In this document: positions 1-10,880 of the stretch, in pieces
How the letters are laid out: every line of letters begins with the position of its first letter
Position numbering within the stretch: position 1 is the first letter of the stretch
Assembly (NCBI GenBank): GCA_016872855.1
Contig: VGYV01000003.1
Location: 1-40,988, forward strand
Direction of reading: 5' to 3'
Source: Planctomycetota bacterium
GTDB lineage: Bacteria; Planctomycetota; PUPC01; DSUN01
DNA: 40,988 nt
Notes under the pieces: generated by a model
What the model was told of the DNA's origin: nothing
The model's database searches: none
What the model saw: the letters and a program-made list of their open reading frames with translations, nothing else
Position numbers and translations under genes: made by a program

Positions 1-1014
1 ACGCCCACCGTCACGCTTCTGGTGCCTGCGTACAATGAAGAACGCGCTCTGGCCGCGAAGCTGGATAGCTGCGTGGCACTCGACTACCCGAAGGACAAGC
101 TCCAGGTGGTCGTCCTGAGCGACGGCTCGACCGATGGCACGGCCGCCATCGCCGCGCGCTATGCGCAGCACGGCGTCGGCCTGATGGCATTCGCCGAAAA
201 CCGCGGGAAGCTGGCCGTGCTGCGCGACGGGTTGGCCGCAGCGAAGGGCGAGATCGTGGCCTTCTCCGACGCCGCGAGCCGGCTGCGGCCCGACAGCCTG
301 CGTCGCCTCGTCCGCCCCTTCGCCGACCCCGCGGTCGGCTGTGTGAGCGGCGTCTACCAGGTGCTCCGCCCCGAAGCGGCCCAGCTCGGGGGCGAGGAGG
401 GCTTCTACTGGCGGTACGAGACCTTCATCAAGCTGTGCGAGAGCGAACTCGGCAGCACCCTGGGCGCACACGGCTCGCTCTACGCCATCCGCCGCGCGCT
501 GTGCCCCGACCTCAGCCGCATCCGCGTGAACGACGACTACGAGATTCCCGTCCACATCGTCGCCGGCGGCCATCGGGCGGTCTACGCGCCCGACGCCGTG
601 GCGTGCGAGGAGGCGGCCGAGATGGGCGGCTTCGCACGCCGCGTGCGCATCGCCGTGGGCAACTGGCGCCAGCTTCGCCTCCTCGGCCTCCTCCTGTGGC
701 CCCCGAGGCCCTGGCTCCTCTTCACCTTCGCCGCCCACAAGCTCCTGCGGCTCCTCGGCCCGTTCTGCCTTGTGTCCGCGTGGGCCGTCAACCTCTTCCT
801 CCCCGGGCCGCTCTACTGCGCCACCCTGGCCGCCCAAGGCACCTTCTACGCCCTTGCCGTTGTGGGCGCCCTGTCGGCTTCCACTCCGCACTCCCTCCGC
901 CTCTTGAAGCTGCCGTTCTACTTCTGTATGATCAACGCAGCTTACGTGGTGGGCCTGGCTCGCCTCGTCACAGGACGAGCCCGAGTCCGCTGGAACGCCC
1001 CGCGAGGGGCGTGA
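1..1014 (+). CDS. Glycosyltransferase family 2 (CESA-like / IcaA-like), 5'-partial
   Basis: Frame is open from base 1 (TPTVTLLVPAYNEE). Motifs SDGSTDGT, FSDA (DxD region), NDD and RRVR, plus C-terminal TM helices. Confidence 0.9.
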   Translation, partial: TPTVTLLVPAYNEERALAAKLDSCVALDYPKDKLQVVVLSDGSTDGTAAIAARYAQHGVGLMAFAENRGKLAVLRDGLAAAKGEIVAFSDAASRLRPDSLRRLVRPFADPAVGCVSGVYQVLRPEAAQLGGEEGFYWRYETFIKLCESELGSTLGAHGSLYAIRRALCPDLSRIRVNDDYEIPVHIVAGGHRAVYAPDAVACEEAAEMGGFARRVRIAVGNWRQLRLLGLLLWPPRPWLLFTFAAHKLLRLLGPFCLVSAWAVNLFLPGPLYCATLAAQGTFYALAVVGALSASTPHSLRLLKLPFYFCMINAAYVVGLARLVTGRARVRWNAPRGA

Positions 1015-1026
1015 AAGGATGCAGTA

Positions 1027-1688
1027 TTGGGCTCCGTGGGTGAGAGGGTTCGGTCGCACTTCCACGCGACCGCGGCCGAGTTCGACGCGATCTACACGGG
1101 CGACAAGGCCCGCCTCGGTCGCTGGCTCGATCGGCGGCTGCGGTGGGACATGTACGAGCGCTTCCGCCGCACGGTGGCCGAATGCTCGGAACCGGGCCTG
1201 CGCATCCTCGATGTGGGCTGCGGCTCGGGCCGCTTCAGCGTGGCCGTGGCGAAGGCGGGAGCCGCCGAGGTGGTCGGCCTCGACTTCGCGGAGAGCATGC
1301 TCGACATCGCCCGCCGCCTGGCCGAACGGGAGGGCGTGGCGGACCGCTGCCGCTTCCTGAACGCCGATTTCATGGAACACAAGTTCGACCAGCCCTTCGA
1401 CATCACCCTCGCCATCGGCCTCTTCGACTACGTGGCCGACTGCCTGCCGTTCCTCCGCAAGATGCGGAGGCTGAGCCGAACGAAGGTCGTCGCCGTCTTC
1501 CCGCGCAAGTGGACGTGGCGCGCCCCCGTCCGCAGGCTGCGGCTCGCACTCCGCGGCTGCCCCGTCTACTTCTTCACCAAGCCCCAGGTCGAGCGATTGA
1601 TGACGCAGGCCGGCTTCGCGCGCTTCACCATTGACCGCCTGGGCAAGCTCTACTTCGTCGTCGGCCATTGTGGCGGAGGGGCAGCCTG

Positions 1689-1689
<1 letters not shown>
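1027..1689 (+). CDS. Class I SAM-dependent methyltransferase
   Basis: ILDVGCGSG motif I, VGLDFAESML, IGLFDY. TTG start after AAAGGA. Confidence 0.9.
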
Positions 1690-3211
<1,522 letters not shown>

Positions 3212-3236
<25 letters not shown>

Positions 3237-4285
3237 GGAATGCTCATCAGGGCCATCGAGACCGCAAAGCTGGCCGCGACCAAGGTGACGGAACCCAGGG
3301 GAATGCCCACCCACGCGTTCGGCCACAGACCCGTCAGCCCCGCCTCCCGCTGCGCGTGCAGTAGCGCCGGATGCATCAGGTAGACCCCCAGCGTCGCCGG
3401 CGCGAGCCCCCTCCCCACCGCCTCCCCCCACCACCCCGTCAGCCGCCACCGCGTGAACACCGTGCCCAGGACCACGAACACCGCCAAGTGCAGCGTCACC
3501 CCCGCCACGTCGCACAGCGCGTTTCCCCCGAGCCGCGAAGCCATCCCCGACCCCGCCACCGCGAGGCACTGCCCGCCCACTACGGCCAACAGCGACCCCG
3601 CCACGGCCGCCCACCCGAGCCGCAGCCCCCGCCCCGTCAGAAGCGTGTCCCGCAGGCAGTAGCCGGCGAAATAGAAGCCAATGTAAGGCACGAAGCGCGT
3701 CGCCGCGTTCTCCTCGGAAGCCGACCCCACCACGATGGCGGTGAACTTGTAGGCGCACCCCAGCCCCAGAGCCAGCCCCGCGAACAGCATCAGCTCCCCC
3801 CGCCCCGCCGTCCGCGTGATCGCCCGAAACGCCGGGGTGAACAGGTACAGCCCCACGATGATGAACGCGAAGTGCAGGTGGTAGAACGGCCTGCCCGAAA
3901 GCAGCAACTTCACGGCGTAGGAGGGGACGAACGGCTCGCCCTGCACCACCACGCGATGGGCCAGGTAGAACAGGCACCAGAAGGCGAACGGGATGCCGAT
4001 CCGCCGCAGCCGCTTGCCGTAGAACGCCCCCAGCGGCTCGTCCCGGGCCGGGTCCAGCAGCAGCGCCCCGCTGAGCATCACGAACACCGGCACGCACCAG
4101 ATCGTAGCCGAGTACGCCACGTTGGAGACCAGCCAGTCCACCAGGCCGATCTTCCCGTAGCGCTGGTTCCCCGACGACGCCACGTGGAACACGCACACCC
4201 CCGCGGCCGCCGCCACCCGCAACAGGTCGCCGTACGGCAGCAGCCGCGGCCCGACCTTGCCCGATGGAGAGGTGGGAGCAGCCAC
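3212..4285 (-). CDS. Acyltransferase family 3 (WecH/OafA-like membrane O-acyltransferase)
   Basis: DLLRxxAxxxVxxxH, VPVFVMLSG, KRLRRI, GVYLMH motifs; about 10 hydrophobic segments. Confidence 0.88.
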
Positions 4286-4324
4286 GCGGAGAGCACTCCA
4301 GAACGCGGTAGGAGCGACGCGGAA

Positions 4325-4353
4325 AGGCTACCATCGCGGCCCCCGCGTGTCAA
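4325..4353 (-). promoter_or_regulatory. sigma70-type promoter for the acyltransferase gene
   Basis: Minus strand TTGACA-17 nt-TAGCCT with an extended TG. Confidence 0.7.
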
Positions 4354-4439
4354 ACGGTGGGTGCGTGTGCTCTCGTTCCGGGGGCCGGCCCCGCCTCGGG
4401 GGTCCGCCAGGACCTCCGCCGCTCGCGTAGTGTGTTGAC

Positions 4440-4646
4440 GGAGCGTGCGGTCCTGGGCCTCAGGGCGCGGGGATGAGCAACATTGCGAAGTTGTTCAACT
4501 CTGCAATGTTCTCCCAGACCGGCTGGGCAGCAGAGCCGCTCCTGGAGCGTGCCGAGGGAGCGGGCGGTCCTGGGGCTCGGGGCGCAGGGAGGAGAAACAT
4601 TGCAGAGTTGTTCAACTCTGCAATGTTCTCCCAGACCACCTGGGCA
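4440..4646. repeat. Two ~90-bp direct repeats (period 117), each holding a 32-bp AT-rich palindrome
   Basis: aacattgcagagttg-tt-caactctgcaatgtt at 4596-4627 (perfect) and 4479-4510 (2 mismatches); the flanks are also repeated. Confidence 0.85.
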
Positions 4647-4719
4647 CCGGCCCGCGCGGCGGCTCTGCGCGCGGTAGGCGACCCACCCGCCAGATCAGAT
4701 TGCATGCACCCCGAACGGC

Positions 4720-4748
4720 TTGCGGCGGAGCGGGCCATGGCCTATACT
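4720..4748 (+). promoter_or_regulatory. sigma70-type promoter for the GNAT gene
   Basis: TTGCGG-17 nt-TATACT; the same hexamers occur at 13924-13952. Confidence 0.6.
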
Positions 4749-4778
4749 TTGGGCAACACCTCGACCCGAGGAAGCGCT

Positions 4779-4855
4779 TGTGGCACAGGCGCCCTCGGCT
4801 GTGCAGGCACCGGCGCAACCCACAGGAGGGCACAGCCGAGGACGGCTGTGCCACA
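4779..4855. repeat. Inverted REP doublet (family A variant) in the 5' leader
   Basis: tgtggcacaggcgccctcggctgtg / cacagccgaggacggctgtgccaca. Confidence 0.8.
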
Positions 4856-4885
4856 CGGCTTGCTCCGACAGGCAGGACCTCTCTA

Positions 4886-5902
4886 ATGGCCGATGCAGAC
4901 CCAAGGCCGGCTTCCCAAGAGAAGGCCGTGCTCCGCCCGGGCGAGCCGATGGGGGAGTGGGATGCCTTCGTTGATTCCTCGCCCCAGGGCTGCATCTTCT
5001 GCCGCTCCTGGTGGCTCGAGGCGGTGGCGTCCGGGCAGTTCGAGATTCTCGTGCTCCGCCGCGGTGGGAAGATCGCCGCGGGCATCCCACTGGTCCACCG
5101 CCGCAAGTTCGGCCTCCGCGCACTCGGCATGCCGCCGCTCACGCAGAGCCTCGGCCCGCTCCTCGGCCCCCCGACAAGCGAGAACTACGAGAAGCAGCTC
5201 TCGAACGAGATGGAGCTTCTCACCGACCTTGCCGCGGCCATTCCGCGCGTGGCCCACTTGAGCGCCTACTGCCACTACAGCCTGACGAACTGGCTGCCCT
5301 TCTACTGGGCCGGCTACCAGCAGACCACCCGCTACACCTACGTGATCGAGGACATCAGCGACCCCGAGGCTGTCTTCGCCAACTTCGCCCACGCCAAGCG
5401 CAAGAACATCAAGAAGGCCGAGAAGCTGGTCGCCGTGCGCCAGGACATGCCGCCCCGCGAGTTCTACGGCCACCACGCCATGACCCTGCGGAAGCAGGGC
5501 GACGCCATCAACTACAGCTTCGACCTCTTCGAGCGCATCCACCGCGCTACCGCCGAGCGCAACGCCGGCAAAACCTGGTTCGCCGTGGACCCCGAGGGGC
5601 GCATCCACTCGGCCATCTTCGTCATCTACGACGCGCGCTCGGCCTACTACCTCCTGAGCACGATAGACCCCGAGCACCGCGGCAGCGACTCGGCGACGCT
5701 TCTGGTGCGCGACGCCATTGCCTACGTCTCGCGCTTCACGAAGCGGTTCGACTTCGAGGGATCGATGATTCGGGGCGTCGAGGGCTCCTTCCGCAAGTTC
5801 GGCGCGGTCCAGAAGCCTTACTTCCACCTATCGAAGAGCCGCCTGCTCCTCCGCGCCGCGCTTGCCCTGCGCGACTCCCTCCGCCGGCGCCGCGAGGGGT
5901 AG
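4886..5902 (+). CDS. GNAT-fold (FemAB/CelD-like) acetyltransferase-domain protein
   Basis: WDAFVDSSPQGCIF...WWL, NWLPFYW, RKNIKKA and FDFEGSMI patterns, typical of polysaccharide-locus GNATs. ATG at 4886. Confidence 0.82.
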   Translation: MADADPRPASQEKAVLRPGEPMGEWDAFVDSSPQGCIFCRSWWLEAVASGQFEILVLRRGGKIAAGIPLVHRRKFGLRALGMPPLTQSLGPLLGPPTSENYEKQLSNEMELLTDLAAAIPRVAHLSAYCHYSLTNWLPFYWAGYQQTTRYTYVIEDISDPEAVFANFAHAKRKNIKKAEKLVAVRQDMPPREFYGHHAMTLRKQGDAINYSFDLFERIHRATAERNAGKTWFAVDPEGRIHSAIFVIYDARSAYYLLSTIDPEHRGSDSATLLVRDAIAYVSRFTKRFDFEGSMIRGVEGSFRKFGAVQKPYFHLSKSRLLLRAALALRDSLRRRREG

Positions 5903-5966
5903 GACCGCCTGAAGGCGGGACTCCAAACAGCGGGGCATTCGTTCGGAGTCCCGCCTTCAGGCGGTC
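5903..5966. repeat. Inverted REP doublet (family C, CCGCC-TTCA-GGCGG)
   Basis: gaccgcctgaaggcgggactccaaac / gttcggagtcccgccttcaggcggtc, immediately after the stop codon. Confidence 0.88.
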
Positions 5967-5969
5967 TTA

Positions 5970-6236
5970 GTACACCTCCACACGGAAAACTGTACACAAA
6001 GTCTCTCACGGCTCCCGCCCCCACTGGGCTTGCCCCAGTGGAGCGAAGGTTTGACCACTAGCTCCCGGGCGCCCTCACCCCCTTCTCCCCCTCTCCCTCC
6101 CCCGCCAGGCGCGGGGGGAGGGAGAGAGCGTGTGGCCGCGTGCGTAGTGGCCAGACCTTCGCCCCACCGACGCGAGGTCGGTGGGGGCGGCGCTGTTCCT
6201 CGTTGTTCATGTGCGCCTTTCACTGTGGACGTGTAC
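5970..6236. mobile_element. MITE-like element (267 bp) with imperfect TIRs and a TTA(G) flanking direct repeat; contains nested family D and E repeats
   Basis: Left end gtacacctccacacggaa versus reverse complement of right end gtacacgtccacagtgaa; TTA at 5967-5969 and 6237-6239. Confidence 0.6.
6016..6189. repeat. Inverted pair of 45-nt family D repeats enclosing a family E (CCCTCACCC/CCCTC) hairpin
   Basis: 6016-6060 and 6145-6189 share TAGTGGYCARACCTTCGCYCCAC-stem-GTGGGGGCG; a third copy is at 10714-10758. Confidence 0.8.
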
Positions 6237-8181
6237 TTAGCCCTGCCGGCTTCCTGCGGTAGAGGCGCATCAGGCCGCGGGGGCGGGAGGTGAAGACCAG
6301 GTCGTAGGCCGCGTCGAGCTGGCGGCGGACCGAGGCCGCGGCCGCCGCGTCGTGCTCGCCGCGCGGCGCTCCCCACACCAGCACGTAGTCCACCCGTCCG
6401 CCCATCCGCTCGGGATACGTCAGGAAGTCCACGTTCGGCCCCTCGGTGCCGAACTCCCCCTTTCGCCCAATGTGGACGAATGGCTGGAACTTGGGCCGGA
6501 AGAGCACGGGGAAGTAGCCCACGCAGGCCTCGTAGTTCATGAAATCCACCAGTCCCTTCCGCGACGCAATGTAGGCCGCCGGGTGCGCGAACGTGCATAT
6601 CTTCTGCGTCTGAAGCCGCCCGTCCGGCGTGATGCCCCTGTGGGCATACGAGATGGGCAGCACAGTGGAGTTCGCCTCGATCAGCGGCTCGACCGAGAGG
6701 TATTCCTCCAGATCGCGGTTCAGCTCGGCGTACTTCACCGTGAGGATGCCCAGGAGCGCCAGCGTGATGCCCGTGGCCCCAACCTTGGCGGCCCGCCGCA
6801 CCCATCGCGCGTGCTCGTGCGCCCCGAGCCAAAGGATGGCCAGGAAGAAGGGATACAGGGTCAGCCTCGGCGGGATGAAGGAGCCGCCCGAAAACGCCTT
6901 CGGCGCCACCAGGTACACCACCACGGCCAGCAGCGCTGCCACGGCGAAGCCATCGGAGCGCCGCTGCCGCGTCGCAAGCGTGACCGCCGCCAGGCCCGCG
7001 AACAGGCAGGTGACGAGCACCGACAGCCCGGCCTCGGCCATCGTGAACGAGAACAGCGGCCTCACGGCCAGGAGCACCAGCTCGCGCAGCGACGGCGCGC
7101 GCAGCGTCGCCCCGCCCTGCCGCGACGTGAACGACACGAGGAGCACCGCCGCCGGCAGCAGCGCCAGCGCGAAGGGCCAGGCCTGAGACCACGTGATGCG
7201 TGACGCGTGACGCGTGACAAGAAGAAACCGCCGCCAATTGGGGCGGCCGGGGCCGGCCTCGCCCAGCGCGGCAGCGAGGGCGGACCAGACCATGCTCACG
7301 CCAACCGCCAGGCACGCCATGACGAGCGACACTGGGTGGTAGAAGCACAGGAGCACGCACAGCGCGCTCAGCCCCGCCCAGCGCCCCACAGTCAGCCGCT
7401 CCCGATGCCTCAGCCAGTAGCCCACGACGAAGAAGAAGAGCGCCAGGCTGTAGCAGAAGCTGAAAAAGCCCATGTGCAGCGTGTAGTTGTAGATGAATGG
7501 GAAGCCCAGGAGCGCGAGCCAGCCTGCGTCGCCGGCCTCTGCGTGAGGCGGGCCAGGCCCCCGAACGCGGTCATTCCGAGCGGAGCCTTGCGTAGTCGAG
7601 GAATCTCTCTTTTCCCCAGCCCCAGGAGAGATGCCTCGACTTCGCTCGGCATGACCAACCTCATCATCGTCCGCCGCCCCGTCCGGGACAGGCGGGGGTT
7701 GTGGGCGGGGCGTCTCTGCCCCGCGCGGGGCAGGCTGCGGTTGTGGGCGGGGCGTCTCTGCCCCGCGCGGGGCACGGAGGCCCCGCCCACATTCACCACG
7801 ATCCATGGCGGGCAATCGGGGCCGGACCGAGCGAAGGGCGTAGCGGATGGCCAGCGGCAGGAGAAGCACGTAACCGCTCAGGAGAATCTTCTCTGCCACC
7901 CGCTCGGGCGCGACCCACATCAGCCCCACCAGCACCAGGTGGCCCAGCCAGGTGAGTTCCAGCCGGGGGTTCAGCTCGTAGTACTCGCGGAAAGCCGCCC
8001 GGTCGGGGCGATGATACTCCATGATGATGCGGCAGTTCTCGACGTGGACCGGCCCGTCCTGGGATGGGAAGTAGCGAAAGGCCCAGATGGGCACCAGGCA
8101 GGCCAGGGCCAGGGCGAGGAACCACAGGTTATCGCGGTCCCGAAGCCATTGGCGAACGGAGCCTATCGTTTGTACCACCAC
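6220..8181 (-). CDS. Polytopic membrane protein (possible GT-C-like glycosyltransferase) with a ~96-aa repeat-derived loop
   Basis: GTG at 8181 with GGAGG 9 nt upstream; many TM segments; PSQDGPVH loop after TM1. The function is an inference. Confidence 0.7.
   Translation of the reverse strand: MVVQTIGSVRQWLRDRDNLWFLALALACLVPIWAFRYFPSQDGPVHVENCRIIMEYHRPDRAAFREYYELNPRLELTWLGHLVLVGLMWVAPERVAEKILLSGYVLLLPLAIRYALRSVRPRLPAMDRGECGRGLRAPRGAETPRPQPQPAPRGAETPRPQPPPVPDGAADDDEVGHAERSRGISPGAGEKRDSSTTQGSARNDRVRGPGPPHAEAGDAGWLALLGFPFIYNYTLHMGFFSFCYSLALFFFVVGYWLRHRERLTVGRWAGLSALCVLLCFYHPVSLVMACLAVGVSMVWSALAAALGEAGPGRPNWRRFLLVTRHASRITWSQAWPFALALLPAAVLLVSFTSRQGGATLRAPSLRELVLLAVRPLFSFTMAEAGLSVLVTCLFAGLAAVTLATRQRRSDGFAVAALLAVVVYLVAPKAFSGGSFIPPRLTLYPFFLAILWLGAHEHARWVRRAAKVGATGITLALLGILTVKYAELNRDLEEYLSVEPLIEANSTVLPISYAHRGITPDGRLQTQKICTFAHPAAYIASRKGLVDFMNYEACVGYFPVLFRPKFQPFVHIGRKGEFGTEGPNVDFLTYPERMGGRVDYVLVWGAPRGEHDAAAAASVRRQLDAAYDLVFTSRPRGLMRLYRRKPAGLSTRPQ
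7192..7219 (-). repeat. Heptamer array (CGTCACG)4, in-frame
   Basis: cgtgatg cgtgacg cgtgacg cgtgaca on +; encodes VTRHASRIT on the coding strand. Confidence 0.7.
7569..7791. repeat. Stack of palindromic elements in-frame: family M (GTCATTCCGAGCG...GCTCGGCATGAC) and three family B REPs
   Basis: Inverted pair at 7569-7656; tgtgggcggggcgtctctgccccgcg at about 7700 and 7742; inverted copy at 7766-7791. Confidence 0.88.
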
Positions 8182-8251
8182 CCTATGCCACCTCCAAGCC
8201 CTCGGCTCCCGCCTGCGGCGCCTGATTCTGACCCACCCCACGCCGTCCTGT

Positions 8252-8457
8252 AGCCCGCGAACGCGGGCGAGCCAGTCGTAGCCCAGGGCGACCGAAGGGA
8301 GCCCTGGGAGCAGACCCCACCACAGCCCCAAGCCCCCGAAGGGGGCGCTTCACGGCGTCTGAATCGCCCCTTTCAGGGGCTCTCCCGTTGGGGGGCCTCT
8401 TCCCAGGGCTCCCTTCGGTCGCCCTGGGCTACGACTGGGTCACCCCCTTCGGGGGCT
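8252..8457. repeat. ~205-bp composite palindrome (family F)
   Basis: Perfect 38-bp inverted repeat 8272-8309 / 8401-8438, with inner hairpins agcccccgaagggggcg and cgcccctttcaggggct. Confidence 0.88.
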
Positions 8458-9709
8458 ACCCGGGAGAGCCGTCCACGTGAACTGGCTGCGCCGCGGCGGC
8501 CGGCGCCTTGTCGGCCAGGGCCAGGTAGAGGGCCGCGCCCCAGATGCAGAGCACGGCCGGCAAGTGGAACCGCCAGGTGTACTCGGGGGCCATCACGATG
8601 GCCCCGACAAGGATGATTGCGGCGAGGGGCAACGGCAGGCCCCGTCCCTCGTCGGCCAGCCGCCCGAGGAGGAGCGTGGCCACGGGCAGCACGAAGACCA
8701 GATGATGGTCCCACGAGAATGGCGCGATCAGCACCATCGCCGGGAGACCCACGCACATGGCGTCGTCGAGCGCCGAGGCGGCGTCGCGCCGCCAGGCCCT
8801 GTGGACGGCCCAGGCGCTGGCGGCTAGGACGGCGAGCGCGGCGGCGTAGGTCAGGAGCTTCGCCAGCGCGGGATTCACCGTGATGGGGTTGCTCCATTGG
8901 GTCTGGGTGAAGAGCCGCGAGAGGAAGCCGTTGATGCTCTGGTTGCCTATCGCGGCGGGGTGGAAGAGCCCCGGAGGCGTCTCGCCGTAGCCTCCCCTCG
9001 GCAGCACCTCGCGGAACCACTCGGCCCAGGCCTCCCACGGCACAACGACGAGTGCGGCCACGCTGAGCGCGGCCAGCAGCAGAACCGTCTGGACCACCGG
9101 CTTGACCCGCCTCGCCAGGAGAAGGAAAGCCAGGATCAGCGCGGGATAGGTCTTAGCCATCACGGCCAGCGCGAGACAGAGAGCCGCTGCGAACGACCGC
9201 TCGGCCCTCAGACACGCCCAGGCCAGGCACAGCGCGCATGCCGCAACCAGGTTCAACTGCCCATAGGCGAACACCACCGTAAGAGGGTGGAACGTGACGA
9301 AGTACGCCACCACCACGGCGATGGCAACGGGTGATAGCGCCCGCCGCGGGTCGGGCACGCGGAATACGAGGAGCCACAGGAGTAATGCGGCCAAGGCGTG
9401 GTTGAGCACGAGCACGAGCAGGCGGGCGTGTTCGTAGGACACCAGGCTGAGCGGAGCAACCAGGAGGAGCGTGGGCGGAGGATACAGATAAGGGTAGACG
9501 GGCTGCGCGGGGAACAGCTTCTTGAGGAGTTCGGGATCGTAGGGCGACTTGTGGAGCGAGAAGGCGGCCCGGGCGGCGGAGTGGAACGACGGCAGGTCGC
9601 GGTTCCGCACGTGGCGGTAGCCGTACCCGTAGGTGATCAGGAACGGGGCGTAGAGGATGACGAGGAGGACCAACAGCCCGGCTCGCGGCTTGTGAACCCC
9701 TGGCGTCAT
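8456..9709 (-). CDS. Glycosyltransferase family 87 (DUF2029, GT-C)
   Basis: D in the first loop (RDLPSF), YLYPP, GQLN, KTYP, NQS and SWDHH motifs; polytopic. Confidence 0.88.
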   Translation of the reverse strand: MTPGVHKPRAGLLVLLVILYAPFLITYGYGYRHVRNRDLPSFHSAARAAFSLHKSPYDPELLKKLFPAQPVYPYLYPPPTLLLVAPLSLVSYEHARLLVLVLNHALAALLLWLLVFRVPDPRRALSPVAIAVVVAYFVTFHPLTVVFAYGQLNLVAACALCLAWACLRAERSFAAALCLALAVMAKTYPALILAFLLLARRVKPVVQTVLLLAALSVAALVVVPWEAWAEWFREVLPRGGYGETPPGLFHPAAIGNQSINGFLSRLFTQTQWSNPITVNPALAKLLTYAAALAVLAASAWAVHRAWRRDAASALDDAMCVGLPAMVLIAPFSWDHHLVFVLPVATLLLGRLADEGRGLPLPLAAIILVGAIVMAPEYTWRFHLPAVLCIWGAALYLALADKAPAAAAQPVHVDGSPG

Positions 9710-9730
9710 GGCAGCCCGTCCCCTTCCTCG

Positions 9731-10690
9731 CTAGTGGTACTCGAGCGGCGGGCTGTAGTAGGCACGCAGGAAGCCTTCGAGGGCGCGGTGAATGGGGTCA
9801 CGGGGGAGGGGAGTGCGGTTCGTCGTGAGGTCTATCGTGAGGGCGGCCTTGAAGTCGGGCGGCGGCGACCAGCCCGGGCGGGTGGCCAGAAGGATGACCC
9901 GCTTCCGCCCCGCGGGGGCTGGGAGGGCGCCATCGGAGGGGGCGCAGGCGACGAGGTAGTGGCGGCCGTGGAAGCGGAAGCTCAGCGCGCCATCGGGGGC
10001 GATGGCGACCGAGAGGCCCCATTCGCGGCGGAGGCGGGCCTCGGCGAAGTGGGCGAGCATCGAGCGCGCCGCGTCGTCGAGGGCGGCGGGGGTCATCGTC
10101 CGCCGCAGCCGCGCCATGGGGGCCACGACCTTCGCGGGGTAGCCCTCGGCCACCGAGCCGTCGGGGAGGTCCCGCTTGACGACCGACATGGCGTTGACGA
10201 AGCACTCGTTGCCGATGGTGATGCCGGGCTGGATGAAGACGCCTGAGCCGACCCAGACGCGGTCGCCGATGGTGACTGGGGCGAACTTGACCCAGTAGCC
10301 CTCGGTGTAGGGGAGGGCGGTGCCGTGGGTGACGATCATCGAGCGGGCGCCGATGGCCGACATGTCGCCGATCCGCACGTCCTCCCACACGTTCACCATC
10401 GTCTCGGCGCCGAGGACGGAGTGGCGGCCGATGGCGAAGGTGGCGGGGCCGTAGACGTGGACGCGGCCCCCGATGCTCGCGTAGTCGCCGATGAGGACCT
10501 CGCGGCACTGGAGCATTGCGAAGCCGCTGATGCGCGCGTAGTCGCCGATCTCGATGCGCTGGCCCTTGAGGAGCGCGAACCAGCCGATGCGGACGCCTCG
10601 CCCGATCTTCGCGCCGAAGCAGCGGCGCAGCAGCCACTTCTTCAGCCACGGCGGCGCAAGGAGCACGAAGGCGAGGAGCAGCTTGCGCAA
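9731..10690 (-). CDS. Hexapeptide-repeat (left-handed beta-helix) acyltransferase with C-terminal extension
   Basis: Repeated [IV]G hexapeptides, THG, PVTIGDRVWVG, GYPAKVV. TTG start after AGGAG. Confidence 0.85.
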   Translation of the reverse strand: MRKLLLAFVLLAPPWLKKWLLRRCFGAKIGRGVRIGWFALLKGQRIEIGDYARISGFAMLQCREVLIGDYASIGGRVHVYGPATFAIGRHSVLGAETMVNVWEDVRIGDMSAIGARSMIVTHGTALPYTEGYWVKFAPVTIGDRVWVGSGVFIQPGITIGNECFVNAMSVVKRDLPDGSVAEGYPAKVVAPMARLRRTMTPAALDDAARSMLAHFAEARLRREWGLSVAIAPDGALSFRFHGRHYLVACAPSDGALPAPAGRKRVILLATRPGWSPPPDFKAALTIDLTTNRTPLPRDPIHRALEGFLRAYYSPPLEYH

Positions 10691-10713
10691 GGGGCTTTCT
10701 CCTGATCGCTCTT

Positions 10714-10880
10714 CGCCCCCACTGGGCTTGCCCCAGTGGAGCGAGGGTTTGGACACTACCGCGAGGCCGCCCCCCTCACCCCCCTCCCTCTCAGGGAGGG
10801 GGCAGGGGGAGGGTTGGGGCCCGCGGCGCCCCACAGTCCAACCCTCACCCTACCCTCTCCCTGGAAGGGAGAGGGGTTGG
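10714..10880. repeat. Family D repeat plus family E (CCCTCACCC-N-CCCTCTCCC-N-GGGAGAGGG) hairpins
   Basis: 10714-10758 nearly identical to 6016-6060; family E at 10773-10880 contains the fkbH stop. Confidence 0.8.

Noticed and set aside
4440-4646. CRISPR array
   Set aside because: Only two copies, the flanks are duplicated too, the period is 117 bp, and there are no cas genes in the window.
4445-4885. Long N-terminal extensions (GNAT here; also 8331, 10834, 12868, 13841, 26970, 33641)
   Set aside because: They run through promoters or repeats. Downstream starts with an RBS or matching domain boundaries fit better.
5903-5966. Rho-independent terminators
   Set aside because: The hairpins lack U-tracts and belong to multi-copy REP families; a termination role is unproven.
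7531-7818. Inteins or self-splicing introns as the explanation for the in-frame inserts
   Set aside because: The inserts are too short, lack C/S...HN intein ends and group I/II cores, and match intergenic repeats.
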